Shown here piece after piece: positions 55,516-64,000 of a stretch of 64,000 nucleotides of DNA (position 1 is the stretch's first letter; each line of letters begins with the position of its first letter). This stretch comes from Candidatus Moranbacteria bacterium RIFCSPHIGHO2_01_FULL_55_24 (GTDB lineage: Bacteria; Patescibacteriota; Minisyncoccia; Moranbacterales; UBA1568): contig MFRW01000011.1 of assembly GCA_001786575.1 (NCBI GenBank), positions 22,201-86,200 on the forward strand. Reading direction: 5' to 3'. The position numbers were made by a program, and so were the translations under genes. The notes beneath the pieces are model-generated. The model was given only the letters and a program-made list of their open reading frames with translations, ran no database searches and had not been told where the DNA came from.

Positions 55516-56016
55516 TTATTGGAGGCGTTCCATCACCAAGCGGCGCACATCGTCTCCCGAAGCGCGGCCGGCGACCTTCTGCATGGCAGCTCCCATCGCC
55601 TGCCCTATTTGGGATTTTTCGGTGAATCCGCCTTCCTTGAGAGCGGCTTCTACGAGAGCGGTCAGTTCCGCTTCCGGCAAGGCCTCCGGAAGATAGGCGG
55701 AAAGGAGGGAAAGCTCCGCTTCTTCCTTGGCTGCAAGGTCTTCTCTGCCTCCGGCGCGGTACTGTTCGATACTGTCTTTGCGCTGCTTGACGAGGCGTTT
55801 GATCACGCTCTCCACATCAGCATCGGACAGCTCCTCGGGTGAGACGCGCTTCTCGATCGCCAAGTTCTTGACCGCGCTCTGAAGCATGCGGAGCGTATCG
55901 CGCTTCTCCGCGTTTCCCGCTTTCATCGCATCTTTCAGTTCAGCGGTCAAAGTTCCATACAAAGCCATAGGATATTTCTTAATAATTTCTTCTAGTGTAC
56001 CAGATTCTCGGGACAT
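55516..56016 (-). CDS. yqeY: GatB/YqeY domain-containing protein
   Basis: LTAELKDAMKAGNAEKRDTLRMLQSAVKN; GGAGG SD upstream of the ATG at 56016. Confidence 0.85.
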   Translation of the reverse strand: MSRESGTLEEIIKKYPMALYGTLTAELKDAMKAGNAEKRDTLRMLQSAVKNLAIEKRVSPEELSDADVESVIKRLVKQRKDSIEQYRAGGREDLAAKEEAELSLLSAYLPEALPEAELTALVEAALKEGGFTEKSQIGQAMGAAMQKVAGRASGDDVRRLVMERLQ

Positions 56017-56035
56017 TTCTCAAAATCTCCTCCTC

Positions 56036-56066
56036 ATAGAGAAAATCCCCGCTTGATGCGGGGATT
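56036..56066 (-). terminator. rho-independent terminator after rpsU
   Basis: AATCCCCGC-ttgat-GCGGGGATT; the minus-strand RNA is followed by UUUUCUC. Confidence 0.55.
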
Positions 56067-56070
56067 CTTC

Positions 56071-56325
56071 TTAACGGTTCATGCGCTTCTTGATTTCGCG
56101 AAGAGCTTCATCGTTGAATTTTCCGAGTTTCTTGAGACGACTGATCTCCTTGCGGATATCCACTTTGTAGAGAGCTTCGTCGCGGCGCTTGTCGCGGCTT
56201 TTCTCTGTCTGATGGAAACGCTTCTTACGAACCTGTCGCAGGACGCCCGACTGCTGGACGCGCCGTGAAAAACGGCGGATCAGGCTTTCGGCTGTCTCCT
56301 TCTCTTTCTTCTTTACTTGGATCAT
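56071..56325 (-). CDS. rpsU: 30S ribosomal protein S21
   Basis: ESLIRRFSRRVQQSGVLRQVRKKRFHQTEKSRDKRR; AAAGGAGG SD. Confidence 0.93.
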   Translation of the reverse strand: MIQVKKKEKETAESLIRRFSRRVQQSGVLRQVRKKRFHQTEKSRDKRRDEALYKVDIRKEISRLKKLGKFNDEALREIKKRMNR

Positions 56326-56402
56326 AAGGAAAACCTCCTTTCTTCATCTGCCGCTCCGTAAAAGGAGACGGCGTCACACCACTCGCTGGGTTTCTGTTAA
56401 TA

Positions 56403-56762
56403 CTATTCTTCTCCTACCGGGTGGATATTCTCTGTAAGCCGGGCTCCCCCGAGAAGGTGGACGTGGAGATGATTTACCTCCTGGCCGCCGCCTTTCCCTA
56501 CCCGAATGAGCAGTTTATACCCTTTTTCGGAAATATTCAAGTCTCTGGCGATATTGCGCGCTACGAGGAACATCTTCCCGACGACGGCTGCATCTTCGTC
56601 TTTCATCTCGGCGATGCTCGTAATGCGCTTCTTCGGGATGATCAGGATGTGGACCGGTGCGATCGGACGGACGTCCTTGAAGGCGAGGATATCCGTATCC
56701 TCATACACGATGTCTGCCGGAATCTCCTTACGGATGATCTTTTGGAATATCGTTTCCTCCAT
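56403..56762 (-). CDS. HIT family protein (HinT-like)
   Basis: Histidine triad HLHVHLLGG. Confidence 0.9.
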   Translation of the reverse strand: MEETIFQKIIRKEIPADIVYEDTDILAFKDVRPIAPVHILIIPKKRITSIAEMKDEDAAVVGKMFLVARNIARDLNISEKGYKLLIRVGKGGGQEVNHLHVHLLGGARLTENIHPVGEE

Positions 56763-56779
56763 ACGCTTCTGACTTGGGA

Positions 56780-58201
56780 TTATGCGTTCAAGATCTGGTT
56801 AGCCTTGATGATCTTCTTCACCGCATCCACCAATCTTTCCTGCGTCACCGTTTCCTGGGTTCCGGAAACCATATCCTTTACGATAGCAGTCTCATCGAGC
56901 GCTTCTTTCTGGCCGACGATGATCGTCACTTCCACGCCGAGGCGATTCGCTACGCGCATCTGCGATTTCAGACTGCCGCGCCCGAAGCTTTCCGCGATGA
57001 GTACGCCGTTCTTCTCCAGTTCCGCGAAAAGTTTGAGGCTCTTCTTCTTGGCCATCTCGCCGAGCTGTGCCAGGAAGACTTTCGGCTTGGGCTGTTCGTA
57101 CGGCTTTACCTGGGTGCGCTTCATCTCGAGGACGATGCGGTCGAGACCGAGGGCGAAGCCGATCGCCGGAGTCGGCTCGCCGCCGAGCGATTCGATGAGG
57201 CGGTCATAACGGCCGCCGCCGCCGAGCGAGTAGTTCTTGCCGTCCTTGTCAGTCGAGCGGATCTCGAACACGGTACGGGTGTAGTAGTCGAGGCCGCGCA
57301 CCAAGCGGGTATTGATCGAGTACGGCAGTTCCAGCTCGTCTAAGTACTCGAGGAATTTCTTGAAGTGCTCGCGCGATTCGACATCGAGGTAATCGAGCGA
57401 CTGCGGCGCGTGCGCCGTCAGCTGGATACACTTGTCTTCCTTGCAGTCGAGGATGCGGAGCGGGTTCGAAGTCAGACGCTCGCGACACTTCTGGCAGAGT
57501 TTCTGCTTCTGTGATTCGAGGTAGCGCACCAGAGCCTTCTCATAATCGCGGCGCGTTTCCGGGGTGCCGATGCTATTCACCTGGAATTCGATATTCTTCA
57601 ATCCCAATTGCTGTACCACCCGGTAAGCGAGCTGGATCGTCTGCGCATCGAGGATCGGGTCGCTTTCGCCGAACATATCGAAATTCGCCTGCCAGTGCTC
57701 CCGATAGCGGCCTTCCTGCGGACGGTCATAGCGGAAGAGCGGTCCCATCGAGAAAAGCTTGATCGGTTTCGGCAGAACGCCCATGCCGTGCTCGATATAG
57801 GCGCGGCACAGACCAGCGGTCATTTCCGGCCGCAGAGCCACGCGGTCGCCGCCGCGGGTATTGAAGAGGTAGATCTCCTTGTCGACGATATCCGTCCCCT
57901 CTCCGATCGTGCGCAGATAGATATGCGCGTACTCGAGCGTCGGCAGGTCGATGCGCTGGAAGCCATACTCCTGGGAAGCATGGGAAAGCACTTTGCGCGC
58001 CCGTTCCCAATACGGCTGCTCATCCGGAAGGATGTCTCTCATACCGCGAAGCGCCTGCATGAGGATCTCCTCCTGCATCACGGCCGGTGCGGCTGCTTTC
58101 TTCGGAGCGGTTTTCTTCGGAGCGGCTGCTTTCTTGGCAGGCGCCGCCTTCGGCTTCTTGTCTTTCTTAGTCATAGAGGTTTTCTTCTGTGCCATACGCA
58201 T
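56780..58201 (-). CDS. hisS: histidine--tRNA ligase with a ~40-aa K/A/P-rich N-terminal extension
   Basis: LRGMRDILPDEQ, class II aaRS motifs, HisS-type anticodon-binding domain; N-terminus MTKKDKKPKAAPAKKAAAPKKTAPKKAAAP. Alternative start near 58078. Confidence 0.93.
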   Translation of the reverse strand: MRMAQKKTSMTKKDKKPKAAPAKKAAAPKKTAPKKAAAPAVMQEEILMQALRGMRDILPDEQPYWERARKVLSHASQEYGFQRIDLPTLEYAHIYLRTIGEGTDIVDKEIYLFNTRGGDRVALRPEMTAGLCRAYIEHGMGVLPKPIKLFSMGPLFRYDRPQEGRYREHWQANFDMFGESDPILDAQTIQLAYRVVQQLGLKNIEFQVNSIGTPETRRDYEKALVRYLESQKQKLCQKCRERLTSNPLRILDCKEDKCIQLTAHAPQSLDYLDVESREHFKKFLEYLDELELPYSINTRLVRGLDYYTRTVFEIRSTDKDGKNYSLGGGGRYDRLIESLGGEPTPAIGFALGLDRIVLEMKRTQVKPYEQPKPKVFLAQLGEMAKKKSLKLFAELEKNGVLIAESFGRGSLKSQMRVANRLGVEVTIIVGQKEALDETAIVKDMVSGTQETVTQERLVDAVKKIIKANQILNA

Positions 58202-58228
58202 TAAAAAATGAGATTGCTCTTTAAAACT

Positions 58229-58906
58229 CTAGTAGAATGCCGTCTTGGAAAGAGGCCAGGCCCGCAGCAGGACGCGTCCGATGATATATTCTTTCTTGAG
58301 AGGGCCGAATCCCCTCGAATCATAGCTGAACATGCGATTGTCCCCCATGACGAAGTATTCGTCAGGTCCCAAAGCGACTTTCGGCATATCCGGCATCACG
58401 ATGGTGCGGGACAGGTATGCCGTCTCATCCAAAACGAATCCTTCCGGATGACTCTCATTGTAAATATGGACTCTGTTGTTGCGGATCTCTACCGCTTCGC
58501 CCGGCAGACCGATCACGCGCTTGATGAAGAATTGGTCCGGATTCTTCGGATACTCGAAGACGACCGCGTCCTGGCGCACCATCTCGCGGAAGCCTCCGAC
58601 GGTCATACTGGCGTCGGCTTTGAGGCCCAAGTTCGTCTCCTTGTAGCCGAACTCGCTGATGATCAGGTATTCGCCGTCTTCGAAGTTCGGTTCCATGCTC
58701 GAACCCTGGACGAAAAACGGTTGGAATAAAAATACCCGAACCGGTATAATGATGACTACTGCCAAAAGGAAGACTTTTACCATCTCGAAGAGCAGACCGC
58801 CGACACCGAGGTACTCTTCTTGGGTCTGATGTGATTCCGGATTCTGCATAGGTACGAAAAGCGAATAAACATCTGCTATTGTATCAGATTTTTCCCCTCT
58901 TGGCAA
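58229..58906 (-). CDS. lepB: signal peptidase I
   Basis: GSSMEPNF (Ser box), GDNRMFSYDSRGFGP. The start could alternatively be the internal Met near 58849. Confidence 0.9.
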   Translation of the reverse strand: MPRGEKSDTIADVYSLFVPMQNPESHQTQEEYLGVGGLLFEMVKVFLLAVVIIIPVRVFLFQPFFVQGSSMEPNFEDGEYLIISEFGYKETNLGLKADASMTVGGFREMVRQDAVVFEYPKNPDQFFIKRVIGLPGEAVEIRNNRVHIYNESHPEGFVLDETAYLSRTIVMPDMPKVALGPDEYFVMGDNRMFSYDSRGFGPLKKEYIIGRVLLRAWPLSKTAFY

Positions 58907-58944
58907 GAGACGAAATCCCCCTTCTAAAGCCGAAAACTACCCTC

Positions 58945-60507
58945 ATGGACAGCCTCCGCCCCACCAAGAAGCCAGAACCCCGATTCCTGGAAGAATCTGC
59001 CGAAAAAAGTGTTATCCGGCAGCCAGAACCAGAGAGGGAGAGTCCGTCTCGACAGCCGGAACGCTTGTTTCACTGGAAAAGGATCTTTTTCTCCCTCTTG
59101 GCGGCGCTCGCGCTCGGCACCTTCATCTTCCTCGCTTTCTTTCTCTGGAAAGGCATCACAACCGGCAAGAAGATCCAGATCGAGAACCGAAGCGCCGCAA
59201 GCTTCTGGACAGAGCTTAAGGGTCTCGCGAAGAACTTCGGTTCAGGAGAGAGGGTCTCGCTCAAGCAAGACGAGAACGGGCGTATAAACATCCTCCTCCT
59301 GGGGCGCGCCGGCGAGAAGTATCCGGGCCGCAACCTGACGGATACCGTCATGCTCATGAGCATCGACACCGAAAAGAGAAAAGTCGCCCTGCTCTCCCTC
59401 CCCCGTGACCTGTATACCGAAATCCCCGGCACCGGGACATACACGAAGATTAACGCGCTCTATCAGTACGGCCTCTCGGCAAGCCGGAGCACGGCACCCA
59501 TCGAAGAAGCCGTCGAGACGATCACCGGACAGCCTATCCACTACTTCTTTATCCTCGATTTTGACGGCTTCGAAAAAGCGATAGACAGTTTGGGCGGAAT
59601 CGAAGTCGATGTGGTGAAGGATTTCTACGATACCCGTTATCCCGGTAAGAACTACAGCTACGAGACCTTCGAGCTCAAGCGCGGCTGGCAGACGCTCGAT
59701 GGAGCGACTGCGCTCAAATACGTCCGCGAACGCCATGATGACCCGGATGGCGACTTCGGCCGCGCCCGGCGCCAGCAGCAGGTCCTCCAGGCGATGAAAA
59801 ACAAGGCTTTCTCGCTCGGAACCTTTCTCAATGCGGGAACGCTGAACAGTCTTCTGGATACGCTCGGGGACAGCGTCAAAACCGACGCTTCCCTCGCCGA
59901 ACTGGAAAGCCTCCTGTTCCTCTCCAGAAGCGTGGATACGCGGAACATCGAAACGGTGGTCATCGATGCCTGGAAGAAAGAAAGTCTGCTCCGCGTCTCA
60001 CATGTCGAATGGAACGGGGTACGCGCCTTCGTACTGGTGCCCCGCATCGGCAACTGGAGCGAAATCCGGGACCGAAGCGAGCACATATTCGAACAAGAAG
60101 CTTTCGCGAAACGGAAATCCGAGATAGAACGGGAGGATCCTCAAGTAGTCCTTCTGGTTTCCGGACGGGACTTCCCGGCCGCAGAGAGGCTGAAGCGCCT
60201 CTTCCAGGATGAGACCGGCATCCGCTCTATCCGGATCCAGGTCGGAACATTGGACAGGTGGCCGGAGCAGAGTATCATTGTAGACAGAAGCTCCCTAGGG
60301 AAACCCTGGAGCCTGGATGAGCTTATGAAGAAGCTCCCCCTCGCGAAAAAAGACTCTCTGCCAGGCGGCCTCCCGCTTGACCGGTCTTCAGACTTCGTCA
60401 TTCTGGTAGGGAATGCGCTCGCCCGGGAAGTTCCCGAAGACGCTTTCGGCAGCCTCGATGACACGAATGAGGCCCTCTTCGAAGCCCCGCTCTTACCCGC
60501 CCTCTAA
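58945..60507 (+). CDS. LytR-CpsA-Psr (LCP) family cell wall glycopolymer phosphotransferase with an extended C-terminus
   Basis: TM anchor then INILLLGRAGEKYPGRNLTDTVMLMSIDTEKRKVALLSLPRDLY; start placed at the ATG at 58945. Confidence 0.85.
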   Translation: MDSLRPTKKPEPRFLEESAEKSVIRQPEPERESPSRQPERLFHWKRIFFSLLAALALGTFIFLAFFLWKGITTGKKIQIENRSAASFWTELKGLAKNFGSGERVSLKQDENGRINILLLGRAGEKYPGRNLTDTVMLMSIDTEKRKVALLSLPRDLYTEIPGTGTYTKINALYQYGLSASRSTAPIEEAVETITGQPIHYFFILDFDGFEKAIDSLGGIEVDVVKDFYDTRYPGKNYSYETFELKRGWQTLDGATALKYVRERHDDPDGDFGRARRQQQVLQAMKNKAFSLGTFLNAGTLNSLLDTLGDSVKTDASLAELESLLFLSRSVDTRNIETVVIDAWKKESLLRVSHVEWNGVRAFVLVPRIGNWSEIRDRSEHIFEQEAFAKRKSEIEREDPQVVLLVSGRDFPAAERLKRLFQDETGIRSIRIQVGTLDRWPEQSIIVDRSSLGKPWSLDELMKKLPLAKKDSLPGGLPLDRSSDFVILVGNALAREVPEDAFGSLDDTNEALFEAPLLPAL

Positions 60508-60515
60508 TCCTCCTT

Positions 60516-61061
60516 ATGAAACTCATCATCGGACTGGGAAACCCCGGAAAAGAATACGCGAACACCCGGCACAATGCCGGATTTTCTGCTTTGGAATACC
60601 TGCGGGAGACTTGGGGATTCCCGCTCTGGCAAGGGGAGAAGAAATTTCGCGGCAGCCTTTCGAGCAGCGAAAAGGATGACGAGAAGATCACTCTTTTCGA
60701 ACCGCAGACCCTGATGAACCTCTCCGGTGATGCAGTAGCCCTTATCATGCAGTTCTATAAGCTGGAACCCAAAGACATTCTGGTGCTCCATGACGATCTC
60801 GACATTCCTTCCGGAGAGCTCCGCTTCACAGAGTCTTCGCGCGCTGCCGGCCACAATGGCGTCCAGAACATCATCGACCGCCTCGGGACCCAGGACTTCA
60901 AACGCATCCGGATCGGCATCGGCAAACCGACCGAGGTCTTGGGTGCGTGCCAGCCGCATCACGATTATGTCCTAGACAGATTCACGAAGGACGAGCAGGA
61001 GAAACTTACAAGCCTTCTCCCGGAAATCGAACGGCTCGTCCTGGAAAAGATCGCCGGCTGA
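60516..61061 (+). CDS. pth: peptidyl-tRNA hydrolase
   Basis: MKLIIGLGNPGKEYANTRHNAGF. Confidence 0.95.
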   Translation: MKLIIGLGNPGKEYANTRHNAGFSALEYLRETWGFPLWQGEKKFRGSLSSSEKDDEKITLFEPQTLMNLSGDAVALIMQFYKLEPKDILVLHDDLDIPSGELRFTESSRAAGHNGVQNIIDRLGTQDFKRIRIGIGKPTEVLGACQPHHDYVLDRFTKDEQEKLTSLLPEIERLVLEKIAG

Positions 61062-61065
61062 ACAA

Positions 61066-61099
61066 CAAAAAAACCGCCCTTGAGAGGAGCGGTTTTTTG
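61066..61099. terminator. bidirectional rho-independent terminator downstream of pth
   Basis: aaaaaaACCGCCCTtgagAGGAGCGGTttttttg: A-tract, stem, T-tract. Confidence 0.6.
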
Positions 61100-61240
61100 T
61101 TCTTGAGAAAGTCTTTGACTCGATTCTATCCACAGCCGGCAGGAACCGAAGTCCCGGCGCATTTCAGCGGAAAAAGGCTAGGAGGGATGCCTTCTTCCGC
61201 CCTGTGGACAGAGGCGAACCAATGAACATTTCCGAAGTTC
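61100..61240 (-). ncRNA. candidate small structured RNA (~165 nt), bounded by the promoter at 61242-61270 and the terminator at 61066-61099; identity unknown
   Basis: No plausible ORF. The region folds into an outer stem CCACAG/CUGUGG enclosing two hairpins: GCCGG-14 nt-CCGGC, and a 12-bp GCGGAAAAAGGC/GCCUUCUUCCGC stem with a 10-nt loop. It is flanked by two intrinsic terminators. Confidence 0.3.
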
Positions 61241-61241
61241 T

Positions 61242-61270
61242 ATCCTAGCCAAACCCTCGATAATTGTCAA
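61242..61270 (-). promoter_or_regulatory. near-consensus sigma70 promoter TTGACA-17-TAGGAT firing toward lower coordinates
   Basis: Reverse complement of 61265-61270 is TTGACA; rc of 61242-61247 is TAGGAT; exact 17-bp spacer. Confidence 0.5.
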
Positions 61271-61271
61271 G

Positions 61272-61305
61272 TAAAAACCCCGCAGAAAGCGGGGTTTTCT
61301 TTTTG
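61272..61305. terminator. bidirectional rho-independent terminator downstream of rplY
   Basis: aaaaCCCCGCagaaaGCGGGGttttcttttt. Confidence 0.65.
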
Positions 61306-61318
61306 AGGAGATCTCCGA

Positions 61319-61993
61319 TTATTCGGGCTTGGCTTCGCCTTCCGGAGCTACCTCTTCCTTCACGACACCCTCTACCTTAGTGACATCAGCCTCGACTTTC
61401 TCGTCGAGCGCAGCCATCTCGGCATCGGTGCGCGGCGGCTCTACCAGCGCTATGGTCGTCTCCAGTTCTCCAAGGAGAGTGACTCCCTTCGGAAGCGCGA
61501 TATCCTTGATCTGGATATGGTCTTCAAACGTCTTCAGGATCGAAAGATCGATAGGAAGCGTGTGCGGGAGATCCTTCGGCAGACAGCTGACCAGCACTTC
61601 TTCGAGCGTCTTCACGAGGATGCCTCCATGCTCGCGGACTGCCGGCGCTTCGCCGATGAATTCCAACGGCACATGCGTTTCCAGCTCTTCATCCATGCGT
61701 ACCTGGAAAAAATCGACATGTGTGAAACGGCTGGAAAGCGGATCGAAAGTCACGTCGTGGATAATCGCATTCAAAGCCTTGCCCTTTTCCTGCGCGAGGC
61801 TCAAGATGCTGCTCTGGCCAGCCTCTTTGAAAATCTTCGAGAAAGGCAGGTAGTCCAGCCAGAAGAGCTGGTTCTCTGTGCCGCGCCCGTATATGACGGC
61901 CGGGATTTTCCCTTCCTTGCGGGAGCGTTCCAATTCCTTGGTGCTCACCTTTTCGCGATTCTTGACTGTAAGCGTAAATTCCTGCATATACAA
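61319..61993 (-). CDS. rplY: 50S ribosomal protein L25/general stress protein Ctc (long form)
   Basis: MQEFTLTVKNREKVSTKELERSRKEGKIPAVIYGRG with an acidic C-terminal extension. Confidence 0.9.
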   Translation of the reverse strand: MYMQEFTLTVKNREKVSTKELERSRKEGKIPAVIYGRGTENQLFWLDYLPFSKIFKEAGQSSILSLAQEKGKALNAIIHDVTFDPLSSRFTHVDFFQVRMDEELETHVPLEFIGEAPAVREHGGILVKTLEEVLVSCLPKDLPHTLPIDLSILKTFEDHIQIKDIALPKGVTLLGELETTIALVEPPRTDAEMAALDEKVEADVTKVEGVVKEEVAPEGEAKPE

Positions 61994-62026
61994 CTATCGA
62001 TTAATGGCATTTAGTGAAAAACAGAT

Positions 62027-62347
62027 TTAGAAAAGGGCGCTGATATCGCCCGTGTGCCCTTTGAGAAATTCATGGACTTCGAGCACGTCATCCAAGGAAA
62101 CCGGGTCGCCTTGGTAGAGCGCTCGCGCTTCTGCCTGTTCCAAATCCGTGGGTACCCCCAGGCTCATCACGCCGAGCTGCCCCAAAGAGAGGAAGACGAG
62201 CGATGAAGCGCCGCAACCGTCACAGGAAAGATGAAGCGCTGTCCGCTTTTCATCCTCTTCTAAAACCACCATCTTGGCAGGACGATGCTTTTTGTTGCAT
62301 ACCATGCAACGAACCAGTGACTGCAGATTCTCAAGCGAGAGTTTCAT
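62027..62347 (-). CDS. hypothetical small zinc-ribbon protein
   Basis: Cys pairs CMVCNKK ... CDGCG, 106 aa. Confidence 0.45.
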   Translation of the reverse strand: MKLSLENLQSLVRCMVCNKKHRPAKMVVLEEDEKRTALHLSCDGCGASSLVFLSLGQLGVMSLGVPTDLEQAEARALYQGDPVSLDDVLEVHEFLKGHTGDISALF

Positions 62348-62481
62348 GTTGAGAATATCGTTATAGAGGGAAGAAAAGGAACCATTTACCCGCCCTTACC
62401 AGAGCTTTAACGGAGCGGCACGAGTTTGGACAGATTATCATGCGGAAGGGGTCTCGTCAATATGACGCTCGAACCGGAGGC

Positions 62482-64000
<1,519 letters not shown>

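Noticed and set aside
61100-61240. Candidate sRNA as SRP (4.5S) RNA, because of GGCGGAAGAAGGCA resembling the GGAAGGAAGCAGC helix-8 motif
   Set aside because: The predicted structure is a multi-stem fold rather than a single long hairpin with a GNRA tetraloop, and the conserved helix-8 nucleotides do not align. The locus is kept only as an unclassified candidate sRNA.

Overview
This 64-kb window comes from a compact, high-GC bacterial genome (roughly 55-60% GC by eye). Coding density is very high and most genes sit on the minus strand. Several traits suggest a Patescibacteria/CPR-like organism, though this is inference: no rpmD (L30) between rplO and rpsE, lysine/alanine-rich tails on several ribosomal proteins, an S12 with an internal insertion, and many glycosyltransferases. 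Most of the window is core housekeeping. It holds a complete str-S10-spc ribosomal superoperon (rpsL, rpsG, fusA, tuf, rpsJ through rplO, secY, adk, map), a glycolysis/sugar operon (GT2-galT-tpiA-fba-gap), cell-wall and division genes (murA, murD, mreB, ftsQ, ftsA, ftsZ, LCP, lepB), and assorted others (holB, trxB, ndk, comEC, nrdR, ybeY, dgkA, yqeY, rpsU, hinT, hisS, pth, rplY, partial gyrB). It also carries rpmB (L28, missed by the ORF track) and a tRNA-Pro(GGG). The only clearly non-housekeeping region is 0.25-9.4 kb. It contains a membrane-anchored P-loop ATPase with type IV coupling protein (VirD4/TraG-like) motifs and an unusual ~420-aa N-terminal domain. That gene is co-operonic with two small acidic proteins and an 867-aa acidic, largely low-complexity protein with glycine/alanine-rich hydrophobic segments. 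It overlaps convergently with a single-pass membrane protein that has a degenerate SpoIIE/RsbU-type PP2C-like cytoplasmic domain and a repeat-containing extracytoplasmic domain. Next to it sits a small wHTH protein. No other type IV secretion parts, relaxase, integrase or CRISPR are visible, so this looks like an undescribed coupling-ATPase-centred module. Further points of interest are two PMT/ArnT-like GT-C paralogs, a split comEC, a promoter-to-terminator-bounded candidate small RNA locus between pth and rplY, recurring TGGTA extended -10 promoters, and several clean intrinsic terminators. Many long antisense ORFs in the six-frame track are high-GC artefacts.
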